63,372 nt of DNA, filler included, from Octopus bimaculoides (GCF_001194135.2; 5 parts of 5 records of this genome joined end to end with filler, not necessarily neighbours in it); one strand, 5' to 3'. Shown: positions 24,668 through 37,705, numbered from the whole stretch's first letter. The notes: generated by a model not told the origin, from the letters alone. Translations and numbers: made by a program.

Positions 24668-25258
24668 GGTGACGCATTGGCCCAGTGGTAAGGGCAGCGG
24701 ACTCGCGGTCGTAGGACCATGGTTTCAATTCCCAGACCGGGCGTTGTTAGTGTTTATTGAGTGAAAACTCCTAAAACTCCACGAAGCTCCGGCACGGGGT
24801 GGTGACGAACCCTGCTGTACTCTTTCANNNNNNNNNNNNNNNNNNNNNNNNNNNNNNNNNNNNNNNNNNNNNNNNNNNNNNNNNNNNNNNNNNNNNNNNN
24901 NNNNNNNNNNNNNNNNNNNNNNNNNNNNNNNNNNNNNNNNNNNNNNNNNNNNNNNNNNNNNNNNNNNNNNNNNNNNNNTAAAACTCCACGAAGCTCCGGC
25001 ATGAGGTGGTGACGAACCCTGCTGTACTCTTTCACCACAACTTTCTCTCACCCTTTCTTCCTATTTCTGTTGTACCTGTAGTTCAAAGGGCCAGCCTTGT
25101 CACACTCTGTGTCACGCTGAATCTCCCCCGAGAACTATGTTAAGGGTACGCGTGTCTGTGGAGTGCTCAGCCACTTGCATGTTAATTTCACGAGCAGGCT
25201 GTTCCGTTGATCGGATCAGCTGGGACCCTCGTCGCCGTAACCGACGGAATACCACGAT
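24668..25258 (+). mobile_element. SINE family C (interrupted by a gap with duplicated flanks)
   Basis: TGGCCCAGTGGTAAGGGCAGCGGACTCGCGGTCG head; body nearly identical to 2311-2695. Confidence 0.85.
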
Positions 25259-25262
25259 GTAT

Positions 25263-25298
<36 letters not shown>

Positions 25299-27589
25299 AT
25301 AAAACATGATGTTTGTTGACCATCGTTAATAAAGCAGCAACACCTGTCTAACATCCGAAATTTGGCTTTCAGAACATGTTATTCGCAAATCCAGTTTGAG
25401 TATTTGGCACGTTTCTATAATTAGCAACAACTGCAGTTGGGAGGTTTGTAATCGATAGCATGTGTCTCTTGTTCTTTTTTTCTCTTTTGCTTTTAGTTTC
25501 TTTTTTTCTTTTTTTTTTTACATCTTTGCCAGAGAAAACACAATCGACATTGTTAGTCAACAATGGAAGAACAAAAATACTGCACGCTTTACATTGGGCT
25601 GACTGCTCTGTAATGGATGGTAGTTGTGGGTGTGGTATGGAAGAATTATCTTTATGTAAGTCGTTATTGTTATCATCTTTGTTGTTGTTGTTGCTGTCGA
25701 TTTCGCCGTCACTGATATTTTTATGATTGGGCAAAATTATCTCCGCCTCTAGAGGATGTGTCATATTATTATTTTTTTTTCGTATAAATTGAAGTCACTT
25801 GGTTATTGGAGATAAAGTCGTGTAATCGTCGCTGTGCTGATGACAGCTACTAAGCCAGAAACAAGCATCTACACGGTCCTTTTAACTCCAGACAATACGC
25901 GATTAACAAATCACTGTATATGTTAGCCTTCTCCAGAAAGGGCCCGTACGCTCCCTAATGGAACTACAGCCATCCATGACTAGACTTATGATGAATACTG
26001 AATTGGTTTCCCGTTGCCTGCTCCAGGTAGGTAGGGTTGAACTCAGAATGCAGAGTGTCTGAAGACATGCTGTAAAGCATGTCTGCCGACGTGCTAACAC
26101 GCCTCTCCACCCACCCACACCCGCATAAAAATAAATCGATCATTGCTTTACCAAAATCAATAAGTCACTATTTTCTAATCGATGTTGACATCATTCTGAA
26201 AAATTTCGTCGGTTTTATGTTTAATTATGTTTGTTTTTTTATTATCTTAATATATTTATTGCTGCATCAATTTTTATTTATTTACTTATTCATTTATTTA
26301 CCTTTGCTAGAATGCCTTCAGTTAGAAGATTATTTCGGAGCGATGAAGCGATAAAACAAGCATTTAGTTGGGTTACAATTCAAGCTATCGACCAACAAAC
26401 ACACATTATCTAAAGCCAATCAGATAATTAACTGTTATGGTTACTATGGAAACTACATTTGTCATTCACATATATTTCGCTTTCTGAGACAACCCCCCCC
26501 CAAAAAAAAGCAACAACAACAAAAATCATCTATTACTAACATGATGATTTCGTAAAAACGGAGTAATAGTTTCACTGTATTGCGCGCTGTAGCTCAGAAG
26601 TTAATGCCATAAATTGCTTTGGAAGTAATGCCAGTTCAATAAACGGATGGAGCGATTTCATTTTATTTACGCTACTAAAGCTCTTGTCAAAGAACATATG
26701 AACACTCTTCTTAGTGATATATNNNNNNNNNNNNNNNNNNNNNNNNNNNNNNNNNNNNNNNNNNNNTTAATTAATTAANNNNNNNNNNNNNNNNNNNNNN
26801 NNNNNNNNNNNNNNNNNNNNNNGCGATTACTTCGACACCTGGAGCGTGGCTCACCGTGGACCTATTAAGGTAATGTCGATTTGATGGAGGGAGTGAGCAA
26901 ATGTATGCCACATACATTTGATCACTACATACATACATACATACATACATACATACATACATAAATACATACACGCAACAAATACTTATATCTGTGAATG
27001 TGTAAATATATATTTGTAGGTCTGTATACATACATAAATACAGCTAAACATATGCATACACACACAGACACACACATACACACACACATCAATGTACATA
27101 CGCACACACATTAAGGTGTGCGTTTGTGTGTGAGTGCGAGGGGGTGTGCACGCGTGCGCTCATGTGTATATGTTCTTTTCTACTTTCTCTGCTACAACAT
27201 TCTCAATTCTTCCGCCAAAATACAAAAGAAGAAAAAAAAAGAAAAATCCTTAACGTTTTCCTTTAGTTAAAATTACTTGCCTAATACATTAAGTATACCA
27301 AAATTAAATGATTATTTCGCTGGATGCAATAATCTGCATTTTATCCAAGCACCCGAAGGATTCGTCGCTTCGATAAATACAAGAGAAGGGTCGTCATAAA
27401 TGAAACGTTGCCCGTACTAAATACACGTAAAGGGCAGAGATACCCCTATACCCACAGAGTATACATACATAGGTATATTTGTAAATAGGTAGTTAGTAAG
27501 TAGGTGGGTGGGTGGATGGGTAGACAGATATGTTTCGAGATTATCTTCAACAGAAAGTATTGTAGCTATTTGTTCAATGAAACTACCAG

Positions 27590-27830
27590 CTTTCTTATTT
27601 CTTTATTGCCCACAAGGGACTAAACATAGATGGGACAAACAAGGACAACCAAACGGATTAAGTCGATTACATCGACCCAGTGCGTAACTGGTACCTAATT
27701 TATCGACCCCGAAAGGATGAAAGGCAAAGCCGACCTCGGCGGAATTTGAACTCAGAACGCAGCGGCGGACGAAATATCACAAAGCATTTCGCCCGGCGTG
27801 CTAGCGTTTCTGCCATCTCGCCGCCTTTCA
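27590..27830 (-). mobile_element. SINE family B, near full length
   Basis: CpG-intact copy: AAGTCGATTACATCGACCCAGTGCGTAACTGGTAC..GAATTTGAACTCAGAACG..CCCGGCGTGCTAGCG. Confidence 0.85.
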
Positions 27831-28174
27831 GCTCGCCTGAAACTACCAGCTTTCTAGTGTGTATTCTAGTGTGTGTATGTGCGTGTGTGTGCGTGTCTGC
27901 GTGTGTGTGTCAGTCTGCCTGTGTGTTTGCATGTAAATGGCTGAATATTCCACGGACGTATATAACTTTAACGTAATTCCTGTGCATATTTGCTTGAGAC
28001 TTTTTCTGCCACGAGAGGCTTTTTTGTATAATCGGTACAGTCCATGAATTGGGCTTCCACACATTTTCCGATTCCTTTAATTTCAAATACGAAGCCGTAC
28101 CAAATCGTGAGTCAAGTTTCCGTGTGTATTAAATTAACTTACAAGAATTCCGTCGGCACGGTGTTATAGTAGAA

Positions 28175-28471
28175 CAAGGGTTTTCAAACTGTGGTCCGCG
28201 GACCACAGGGGGTCTGCAAGGACAAGACATGGGGTCCGTGGACAGCAAATACTTTTTATGGGCAATTTGATTTTGTATATGTTTTTTAATCGAAATCTTT
28301 TAATTGACAATAAACATATTTGTTAAATACAGTTAAATAAATAAATGTAAAAATATATGTTATTTTAAGCAAATATTTATGTATAAATTTCGTAAGCGTT
28401 TATAAGGGGGTCCCTAAGGTAAAGCCTGAGATATAAAGGGGTCCGCAAGTCAAAATGCTTGAAGACCCCTG
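28175..28471. mobile_element. hAT-superfamily MITE with perfect 8-bp TSD
   Basis: TIRs CAAGGGTTTTCAAAC / GCTTGAAGACCCCTG; TAGTAGAA duplicated at 28167-28174 and 28472-28479. Confidence 0.92.
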
Positions 28472-29744
28472 TAGTAGAAGACATTTTCTAAGGTGTTGCG
28501 CTGTGAGATTGCACCCCAAATAACATGGTTGCAGAGCAAGCTTCTTAACAACATAACCCATGCTTGCGCCAATATATTGCACCGCTATCGGAGGTCTGAC
28601 ATTATTTTTTTAATCGGATGTAATTTTTCATGTATTTATTTATCCATTTATTTATTTATTTATTTACTCCACCTAAGTTCTCACCTCATTAATTAATTCT
28701 GTATAGAAAAGAGAACGTTATGAAACATACTTTCGTTGCTCCCGAGGATGGCGCCTCAGTTTCTAGTCGGAGTGAATGTCTCTTTGTTAACGCTGTCATC
28801 AGTGACCGATTCACGTTGATTTTATTTCGTTTTTATTATTTTTATCCTTAATGGTTTCAGTTGATCTACTGCTGGAGCACAAAACTATAACATATACATA
28901 CATACATACATACATACACACACACAAACACGCAGACACATACACACACGCATACACATATATATATGTATACACACATGCATATAGTATATACATATAT
29001 ACACACATGTATATATATATATATACATATCATACATATACATGTGTAGCTATATATACATATGTGTGTGTGTGTGTGTTGTACAAAAATAATAAAAAAA
29101 CAAACGTCTTATGTTGACGTTCAGGAAAATACAGACACCTCCACATATATGCACGCACATACACACACATACATACATATACATACACATACATATATAC
29201 ACACAAATACATACATANNNNNNNNNNNNNNNNNNNNNNNNNNNNNNNNNNNNNNNNNNNNNNNNNNNNNNNNNNNNNNNNNNNNNNNNNNNNNNNNNNN
29301 NNNNNNNNNNNNNNNNNNNNNNNNNNNNNNNNNNNNNNNNNNNNNNNNNNNNNNNNNNNNNNNNNNNNNNNNNNNNNNNNNNNNNNNNNNNNNNNNNNNN
29401 NNNNNNNNNNNNNNNNNNNNNNNNNNNNNNNNNNNNNNNNNNNNNNNNNNNNNNNNNNNNNNNNNNNNNNNNNNNNNNNNNNNNNNNNNNNNNNNNNNNN
29501 NNNNNNNNNNNNNNNNNNNNNNNNNNNNNNNNNCACACGCACGCACACGCATACATATACATACACACATACACACACATACGCACACACATGCATACAT
29601 ACACGAATACACACACACGTGCACACACACGCACACATATACATACACACATACACGTACATACATACACACATATATACACATACACACATACATACAC
29701 ATATACACACACACACACATTGACCGTTGACTGAACACTATTCA

Positions 29745-29910
29745 ATTTTTTTTCTCCGTGTTTTTCTCCTTGTCTCCGTATTCTTTCTGTTGAAGAGCGT
29801 AGCTCGAAACGTCAAAGACTTTCCGTATTCCCGAGCGTCATACTAATACATCCTTTTGTTATTTACACCACCTGTCCTCGTCTGTTGTTGTTTTTTCGTA
29901 TATTCTCCCA
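29745..29910. mobile_element. Possible Penelope-like terminal fragment
   Basis: CTGTTGAAGAGCGTAGCTCGAAACGTC resembles the TGA.GA...GAAAC motif at Penelope-like element ends; no ORF support. Confidence 0.35.
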
Positions 29911-30164
29911 TATATATGTACGAACATGTTAAAGATGGAAAGGTAAAGAATAAAAGAATTAGTGTTGAATGTTTCACGCTTTGTTTGAGTTTTATTGTAT
30001 TACTTATTATTGCTCGAGGACTGGAAAATGCCCACCATTAAATACCTATACAATTTTAGAAAGGGGTCAACGAAAAGTGTTTCCCGATTTATGAGAGACA
30101 GCAGCTAAATATCCCTCAAATTTCACCTCCTTGTTTGAAAAAATAAAAAAAGAAAAGGTGTGGC

Positions 30165-30396
30165 TATGTTATAAGTTGTTTGCTTTCTAACCGCATGGTT
30201 CCGGGTTCAATCCCACTGCATCGCACTTTGCGCAAATGTCTTCCACTGTAGCCTCAAGCTGATCAAAACATTGTGAGTGGGTCTGGTAGACAGAAACTGA
30301 AAAAAGCTCGTCGTATATATATGTATATATGTATGTATCAATGCGTGTGTGTGAATGTGTGTGTGTGCGTGTGTATGTCTGTGTGTATGTGTGTGT

Positions 30397-30438
<42 letters not shown>

Positions 30439-30600
30439 ACGACGCCGTATGCTAGCGGTTCGGCAAAAGAGCCCGATAGTATAAGTGCTAGGCTTAAAAT
30501 AAAAATATGTAATGGGGTTGATTCATTCGACTAAAATTGTTCAAGACGGTACACCAGCATGGCCGTAGCTTAGTAACTGTAACAAGTAAAAGATAAAAGA
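30165..30600 (+). mobile_element. SINE family A
   Basis: CCGCATGGTTCCGGGTTCAATCCCACTG head, internal (TG)n, ..CAAGTAAAAGATAAAAGA tail. Confidence 0.8.
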
Positions 30601-31016
30601 TAGGATACAATAAACGCTGGGCTCCTAGATATACAAATTATGAGATGTGTACACAAGTGGAATGCTTTCAAGCATAGTTTTGCTCGATGACTTTTGCCCT
30701 TCAGTTAAACACGGTATAGTCATCCTTCCTTGGTATTGCCAACTCACTCATCTTTTTGCCTTTAATCACCGTGTTATGCCCATCCACCAGACGGCCAATT
30801 GTCAGAGCTGTTACAGCAGGGGTTCTCAACCATTTTTTTTTTAATCTATAGACTCCTTTGATTACTATTGTTTTCTGTTGGACCTGCATAGCCATTCGAA
30901 GTTTAAAAACTATTTTGTTTCTCACACATTAACTTGCGTAGGCTAAACTATGTAAAACGTTAGAGAAAGAAACCTGGCTTATTCTTACAATACATACCAT
31001 ATACATACTTCTAAAG

Positions 31017-31564
31017 CAGTGGTTCCCAAAGTGGGCGGTACCGCCACCCGGGGGGGGGGACGTTGGAAAGATCCAGGAGGTGGCGTTGAAGAAAAATGGG
31101 GTGATCAAAACGGGGCAATGGATGTAAAAAAGATAATAATAAATAATTAGGTTATGTTTTATTTGTGGAATACTGTTGTTTTAAATTTGCTGCAGAAAAT
31201 GGTCTATATCTGCGATGGTGAGTAATGGTNNNNNNNNNNNNNNNNNNNNNNNNNNNNNNNNNNNNNNNNNNNNNNNNNNNNNNNNNNNNNNNNNNNNNNN
31301 NNNNNNNNNNNNNNNNNNNNNNNNNNNNNNNNNNNNNNNNNNNNNNNNNNNNNNNNNNNNNNNNNNNNNNNNNNNNNNNNNNNNNNNNNNNNNNNNNNNN
31401 NNNNNNNNNNNNNNNNNNNNNNNNNNNNNNNNNNNNNNNNNNNNNNNNNNNNNNNNNNNNNNNNNNNNNNNNNNNNNNNNNNNNNNNNNNNNNNNNNNNN
31501 NNNNNNNCAGAAATGTGGTGTTAGTACCAAGGGGTGGCAGCCTGAAAAGGTTTGAGAACTATTG
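31017..31564. mobile_element. hAT (Charlie-like) MITE nested inside 30817-31734
   Basis: TIRs CAGTGGTTCCCAAA / TTTGAGAACTATTG; flanks TTCTAAAG and ATCTAAAA share the core TCTAAA. Confidence 0.75.
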
Positions 31565-31640
31565 ATCTAAAACAAATATTTTTCAGGGGCCTTTAAAATA
31601 TTACTGTGCATCCCTAATTTACTGTTTTGTTGTTGGACCC

Positions 31641-31718
31641 CAGGGGCTATATGGACCTCACAGGGGCTATATGGACCTCACAGGGGCTATATGGACCTCA
31701 CAGGGGCTATATGGACCT
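31641..31718. repeat. 20-bp tandem repeat x4 (CAGGGGCTATATGGACCTCA)
   Basis: Three exact units plus a fourth diverging at its last two bases, subterminal in the outer hAT MITE. Confidence 0.95.
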
Positions 31719-31807
31719 TGCTTGAGAACCATTGTGCTAGAGCATTGGATAGAATGATTTGCAGTATTTATTCTGATTTTCTGCGCACTGAGTTCCAATC
31801 AGGTGAA

Positions 31808-33366
31808 CTAGCAGTATAGCCCGGCGTTGCCCGGGATTAAGTTAGGTGTATTAAGCTAATCAAGCGCTTTGTTTCAAACCAAACTAAATTACACCGACGT
31901 CAAATTTGAGTGAAATCCATTGAAATTGGTAAACATTTGGCTGAAAATGTGTTGCAGACAATTTGATTTGGAAATCTCATAAGGAATCGGTTTATCCATT
32001 TTTCTTCCTGATTGAATTTGAAAACCCCATAAGGAATCAGTTTATTGATTTTTCACCCCAAATAGGACTTAACCGAACACAACATTGCTGATTCAAAGAA
32101 AAATCTATATTTATAATTTAAAGCTGGTTATCACCCAACCCAGTTCTGCAGAATCAGTGACACGACGAGAACACATGGGTTGGGAGTTTGACCGGCAGAG
32201 GTGATCAGGTTGCACATGCCGGCCATTTCGAACCCCACTCCCGTCATCTAACCCCCATTGGCCCATGGCTTGGGAACCCTTCCGGCAAGGAAAATAGAAC
32301 GCCCAAAAAGGCTCCCAATCCTCTGTGTCAGAAGAGGTTATGTTCAGATCACAACTAAGCCTTAACCTAAGCCTAAGCTAACCTAACGAAAGGGGGCTCG
32401 GGAGCTTCTAAAAGACAGCGACTAATCTCGATCTAATCCTAACCCCTCCTAAGGGTACTATCGAAGATATGCATTGGGGAAGGTTGTCTCTGAGATTTGC
32501 TTCGAAGATCTGCATTGGAGAAGGTTGCATCGAAGGTTTGCATTGGAGATCTGCAGTGAAGAAGGTTGACTCAAAGATTTGGATTGGATAGGGTTGCATT
32601 AGATATCTGCATTGGAGAAGGTTGATTCGAAGGTTTGCATTGAGGATCCAGATTGGAGTGACTTAGGAAAACTTCCCAACAGCCTTAACAAAAAAATAAG
32701 GGGCCTGGCTCTTCTAACCTAACTCTATGAGCAACTTGGCCAAGCGCTGATTGGCTGAGTGAGCATGGTTGTCGGAGAAGTCAGAATTGTCCAATAAAGA
32801 AGAGGAAGAGTCCATGAGTCATGTTGCCATGGTTTGAGAATATGTCCAGCCAATGCTTCCGGGTCACCTGTTTATGACCACATAGGCTGCAATGATGATT
32901 TTTTTCTTTCTACGTCTATAAAACTTCGCTATAGACAACATTGCGTGTTCTACCCTGAGAAGCATACCTTGAGGAGCATACACAAAAAGAGCGTTTCCAC
33001 TCCCCACACGGGAGCAGACCACATAAAATTGTCCATGTGAAAAGCGCGGCTTCCCTAAATGGATGCCCGCCACCTGGGATTTGTTGATGGACATAGCGAA
33101 GCATGGCCTCATCGGAAGCTGTGATCTGTGGAAGTTAAACGGCAGGTCTGACCCCGAGGAATAAAGGTGCATCCTTGAAATGAAAACATTTCCCCCCTCC
33201 CACACTCCTAACAATGGTGGCCTTAATAAAGTGGGGCGTCAGTGACTTGACTACCAAGCGGGTCCCGTTGCACTGTTTAGGCGGATAAAGCGTGTACTCT
33301 TTATCCCATTTGAGTCTTATTGAATGATTGTGTAAAATTTTCTTAACAATAGGATATATTGTAAAG

Positions 33367-33415
<49 letters not shown>

Positions 33416-33660
33416 TTGGTGTTATTGTTGTTGTGATGCGTGTACTCTTTATCCCATTTGAGTTGTTGCTTTGGGGGAAAACGTGTCGTTTGAGGTGTTC
33501 TACTCATTAGATGGTGAGTTTTTCTGAGGTGGGGATTAAAGCAGTGATTTATTTCTGGTATCATCGAAGATTTTATGGCACGAGATAAGTTTCCGCGAGG
33601 GCTATCCTTCGTTTTGAGTCACAGAGTTGTAAATTCCGTAAAAAAATTTTATTTGGTTTT
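31808..33660 (-). mobile_element. Decayed Helitron: PIF1-type helicase C-terminal fragment plus intact 3' terminus
   Basis: Frameshifted minus-strand peptides PPKQCNGTRLVVKSL, QLPMRPCFAMSINKSQ, HLGKPRFSHGQFYVVCSRVGS and GRTRNVVYSEVL. The 3' end on the minus strand is CCCGGGCAACGCCGGG (hairpin, 31820-31835), then CTATACTG, then CTAG followed by T. Confidence 0.88.
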
Positions 33661-33777
33661 TGAACTGGAAATGTACATTTCGTTTGGTGTCAGCATAAAG
33701 TGAAAGAGAGAGAAAATAAAAGGGACGTGTGTATGTTATGTTGATGGTGGAGTGCGAGATAGAAAGTGTGTTTGTGT

Positions 33778-33834
<57 letters not shown>

Positions 33835-33892
33835 TGAGAAGGAGAGAGACACAGAGAGACAGAGAGACAGAGACAAAGAGGCAGAGAGACAG

Positions 33893-33960
<68 letters not shown>

Positions 33961-34179
33961 CAGCGTACATTTTTTAATTTATTTTTGCTCACATCTTTTT
34001 GGGGTGAATGATTGACTGAGAGAGAGAGAGAGAGAGAGACAGAGACAGAGTGTGTGTGTGTGTGTGTGTATGTGTGTCTGTGAGTGAGTGATAGCGTCAC
34101 GCCTCTGTCTCTCTTTCTCTCTCAGTCTAACACACTAAAAAAAGATGCGAGTAAAAGTAAATAAATCAAATTTACGCTA

Positions 34180-34233
<54 letters not shown>

Positions 34234-34280
34234 AGTAACACACACTTTCTCTCTCTCTCTCTCTCTCTTTCCGGCAACAC

Positions 34281-34311
<31 letters not shown>

Positions 34312-35019
34312 NNNNNNNNNNNNNNNNNNNNNNNNNNNNNNNNNNNNNNNNNNNNNNNNNNNNNNNNNNNNNNNNNNNNNNNNNNNNNNNNNNNNNNNNN
34401 NNNNNNNNNNNNNNNNNNNNNNNNNNNNNNNNNNNNNNNNNNNNNNNNNNNNNNNNNNNNNNNNNNNNNNNNNNNNNNNNNNNNNNNNNNNNNNNNNNNN
34501 NNNNNNNNNNNNNNNNNNNNNNNNNNNNNNNNNNNNNNNNNNNNNNNNNNNNNNNNNNNNNNNNNNNNNNNNNNNNNNNNNNNNNNNNNNNNNNNNNNNN
34601 NNNNNNNNNNNNNNNNNNNNNNNNNNNNNNNNNNNNNNNNNNNNNNNNNNNNNNNNNNNNNNNNNNNNNNNNNNNNNNNNNNNNNNNNNNNNNNNNNNNN
34701 NNNNNNNNNNNNNNNNNNNNNNNNNNNNNNNNNNNNNNNNNNNNNNNNNNNNNNNNNNNNNNNNNNNNNNNNNNNNNNNNNNNNNNNNNNNNNNNNNNNN
34801 NNNNNNNNNNNNNNNNNNNNNNNNNNNNNNNNNNNNNNNNNNNNNNNNNNNNNNNNNNNNNNNNNNNNNNNNNNNNNNNNNNNNNNNNNNNNNNNNNNNN
34901 NNNNNNNNNNNNNNNNNNNNNNNNNNNNNNNNNNNNNGCATTGTTCAATTAAATGGAGCCGCTTGAAACGGTCGTACTGCATCACTGCATCACCTCTGGA
35001 TATCGTGTTGCTTATATTG

Positions 35020-35056
<37 letters not shown>

Positions 35057-35149
35057 GGGGAGTGAGTGTGTGCGTGTGTGTGCGTGCGTGCATGCGTGTG
35101 TGCATGTGTGTGCGTGCGTGCATGCGTGTATGTGTGTGCGTGTGTGTGT

Positions 35150-35770
35150 GTGTGTGTGATCGTGTCTGTGTTTGTCATCCCACACACCGCTTTACAACCG
35201 GTGTTGGTTTGCTTACGTCCCTGAAACTCATTCATTCTGCGAAAGAGATGCGTAGAATAAGTAACAGACTTCAAAATAAATAATGGGGTCAATTTGTTCG
35301 ACTAAACCCCAATGAACCAGCATGGCCGCAGTCTAATGACTTATGTAAGTTCTATTTTTTCATTTTTTTTACTTTCGTCAGTCTTTGAACTGCGGCGATG
35401 CTGGAGCAACGCCTTGAAATGTTTAGTCAAACAAATCGACACCAGTACATATTTTTGTAAGAATCTGACACCAATTCTATCGGTCTCTTTTACTGAGTCG
35501 CTAATTGTCGGGGACGTAAACGACCCCACATTTGATTTTCAAGCAGTGGAGAGACAAACACAGATACGCATACACATATACATACACATAAAACAGACCC
35601 TACACACACACACACACACACGTCTTACGTCAACCAAATTTATTCATAAGGCATTGGTCAGCGCCGGGCTATACTAAAAGACACTTTTTCACGGTGCCGT
35701 GCAGTAGAGTTGAACCAGAAGCCAAGCGTTTACGAAGCCAACTTCGCAACCACGTGGTCATGCCTGCGTG
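35150..35770. mobile_element. Two SINE family A fragments in tail-to-tail inverted orientation
   Basis: Plus-strand tail about 35150-35345 (..TTTGTTCGACTAAAC..CAGCATGGCCGCAGTC) abuts a minus-strand copy about 35350-35770 (GAACTGCGGCGATGCTGGAGCAACGCC..TTTAGTCAAACAAATCGAC..). Confidence 0.75.
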
Positions 35771-37499
35771 AAAAGTCCAAGGAAATAGAAATGTTTAGGG
35801 GTTTTATCTTAAGTTTAAAAATGCAAATATGAATGGATTAGAAAATAGGTTTTTATTTCTAGCAAATGGAAGTACCACGTAGGGGCTTCCACATTGGTTC
35901 AAACACAGTGCGTGTTTTGATTTGCTGCCGTAAACCTCATAAATCCACCCCTGTTTTTTTTTTAATTTTATTTTATATTTATGTATAAAACAGGGAGCTT
36001 GGCTCGCGCCACTGGTCAATGATAATGATTATAATAATAGGATAGATGTTAAAAGCTTTTGCTCTTCGTTTATCATTAGACAATGACAGAGAGGAGAGCG
36101 AGATGTAGTCAAAGAGAGAGAGAGAGAGAGAGGAGAGAGAAAGAGTGAAGCAGACGGGCAAATAGAGAGGGAGTAAAGAAGGGAGAGAAAGGAAAAGAGA
36201 AAGAGAGGGGACTATAGAGAAGCAAAAACAGCGATGTACCTAAAGGGACAAAATGATAGAGAGGGTGAGAGAAGGAAGATGAGAGAGCGAGAACAGCAAC
36301 AGACAGGACATGACCTTTAGAGACACCGAGCTTTCATAGCGTGAAGGAGAAGGTCAACGTAAGTTAGAATATAAAGTTAACAAAAACAAACACAATAAAA
36401 GGCTTCACTTAATTGTTATAGGAGCGTGTATAATCTTTCTTCTTTCCTCCCGCTTTCTTGCATTATCTCTCCCTGTCTCTCTCTCTCACTCTTCCATTTG
36501 TAATTCCTTTTTTCGCCTTTAAATATCGTTTATTTCCCCCTTTTTTATATGGTAATTTCTTTCTATTTATTTCGATCCTTAAATTTTTATATTTCTTTCT
36601 ATAGTAATTTGTTGCTTTTTTCTCCTATAATTCTTTCTTTATTTATATTTCTTTATGTTTTGTTCATTGTTGTTGCTGTTGTTTTTCGTCTATTTGACCA
36701 CAAACTATTCAAGTGTGTGATTTAGCCTGAAGTTAAAAGAGATAAATATTAACTTAGTTATTGAAGAGCTTCTGTGTATTTGTATATGTGTATATGAGTA
36801 GGTATGAGTACGTGTGAGTCACAGTGTGTATGAATGAAGTAGGGGGCGTAACCCCCGTGACAAAACAAATAAATTTCAATAAANNNNNNNNNNNNNNNNN
36901 NNNNNNNNNNNNNNNNNNNNNNNNNNNNNNNNNNNNNNNNNNNNNNNNNNNNNNNNNNNNNNNNNNNNNNNNNNNNNNNNNNNNNNNNNNNNNNNNNNNN
37001 NNNNNNNNNNNNNNNNNNNNNNNNNNNNNNNNNNNNNNNNNNNNNNNNNNNNNNNNNNNNNNNNNNNNNNNNNNNNNNNNNNNNNNNNNNNNNNNNNNNN
37101 NNNNNNNNNNNNNNNNNNNNNNNNNNNNNNNNNNNNNNNNNNNNNNNNNNNNNNNNNNNNNNNNNNNNNNNNNNNNNNNNNNNNNNNNNNNNNNNNNNNN
37201 NNNNNNNNNNNNNNNNNNNNNNNNNNNNNNNNNNNNNNNNNNNNNNNNNNNNNNNNNNNNNNNNNNNNNNNNNNNNNNNNNNNNNNNNNNNNNNNNNNNN
37301 NNNNNNNNNNNNNNNNNNNNNNNNNNNNNNNNNNNNNNNNNNNNNNNNNNNNNNNNNNNNNNNNNNNNNNNNNNNNNNNNNNNNNNNNNNNNNNNNNNNN
37401 NNNNNNNNNNNNNNNNNNNNNNNNNNNNNNNNNNNNNNNNNNNNNNNNNNNNNNNNNNNNNNNNNNNNNNNNNNNTGTGTGTGTGTGTGTGTGTGTGTG

Positions 37500-37705
37500 T
37501 GTTTCTTTCTGTCTTCCCACCATAGCTTGACAACCGATGTTGGTGTGTTTACGTCCTTGTAATCTAGCGGTTCGGCAAAAGAGACCGGTAGGCTAAGTAC
37601 TAGGCTTACAAAGAATAAGTCATGGGGTCGATTTGTTCGACTAAAGGCGGTGCTCCAGCATGGCCGCAGTCAAGAGACTGATACAAGTAAAAGAGTAAAA
37701 GAGTA
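37500..37705 (+). mobile_element. SINE family A tail
   Basis: GCTTGACAACCGATGTTGGTGTGTTTACGTCC..CAAGTAAAAGAGTAAAAGAG. Confidence 0.85.

Larger units (their letters stand above)
30817..31734. mobile_element. hAT (Charlie-like) MITE, outer element of a nested pair
   Basis: TIRs CAGGGGTTCTCAACC / GCTTGAGAACCATTG; flanks TGTTACAG and TGCTAGAG (6/8 identical). Confidence 0.7.

Noticed and set aside
25369-25764. 131-aa Asn/Lys-rich minus-strand ORF
   Set aside because: Low complexity from AAC and A-rich runs, weak splice signals and no recognisable motif; cannot be supported, though not excluded as an exon.
28730-28810. Hammerhead-like CTGATGA...GAAAC on the minus strand (and the TGAAGA...GAAAC near 29790)
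   Set aside because: I could not form the required stems I-III around the core, so no ribozyme is called.
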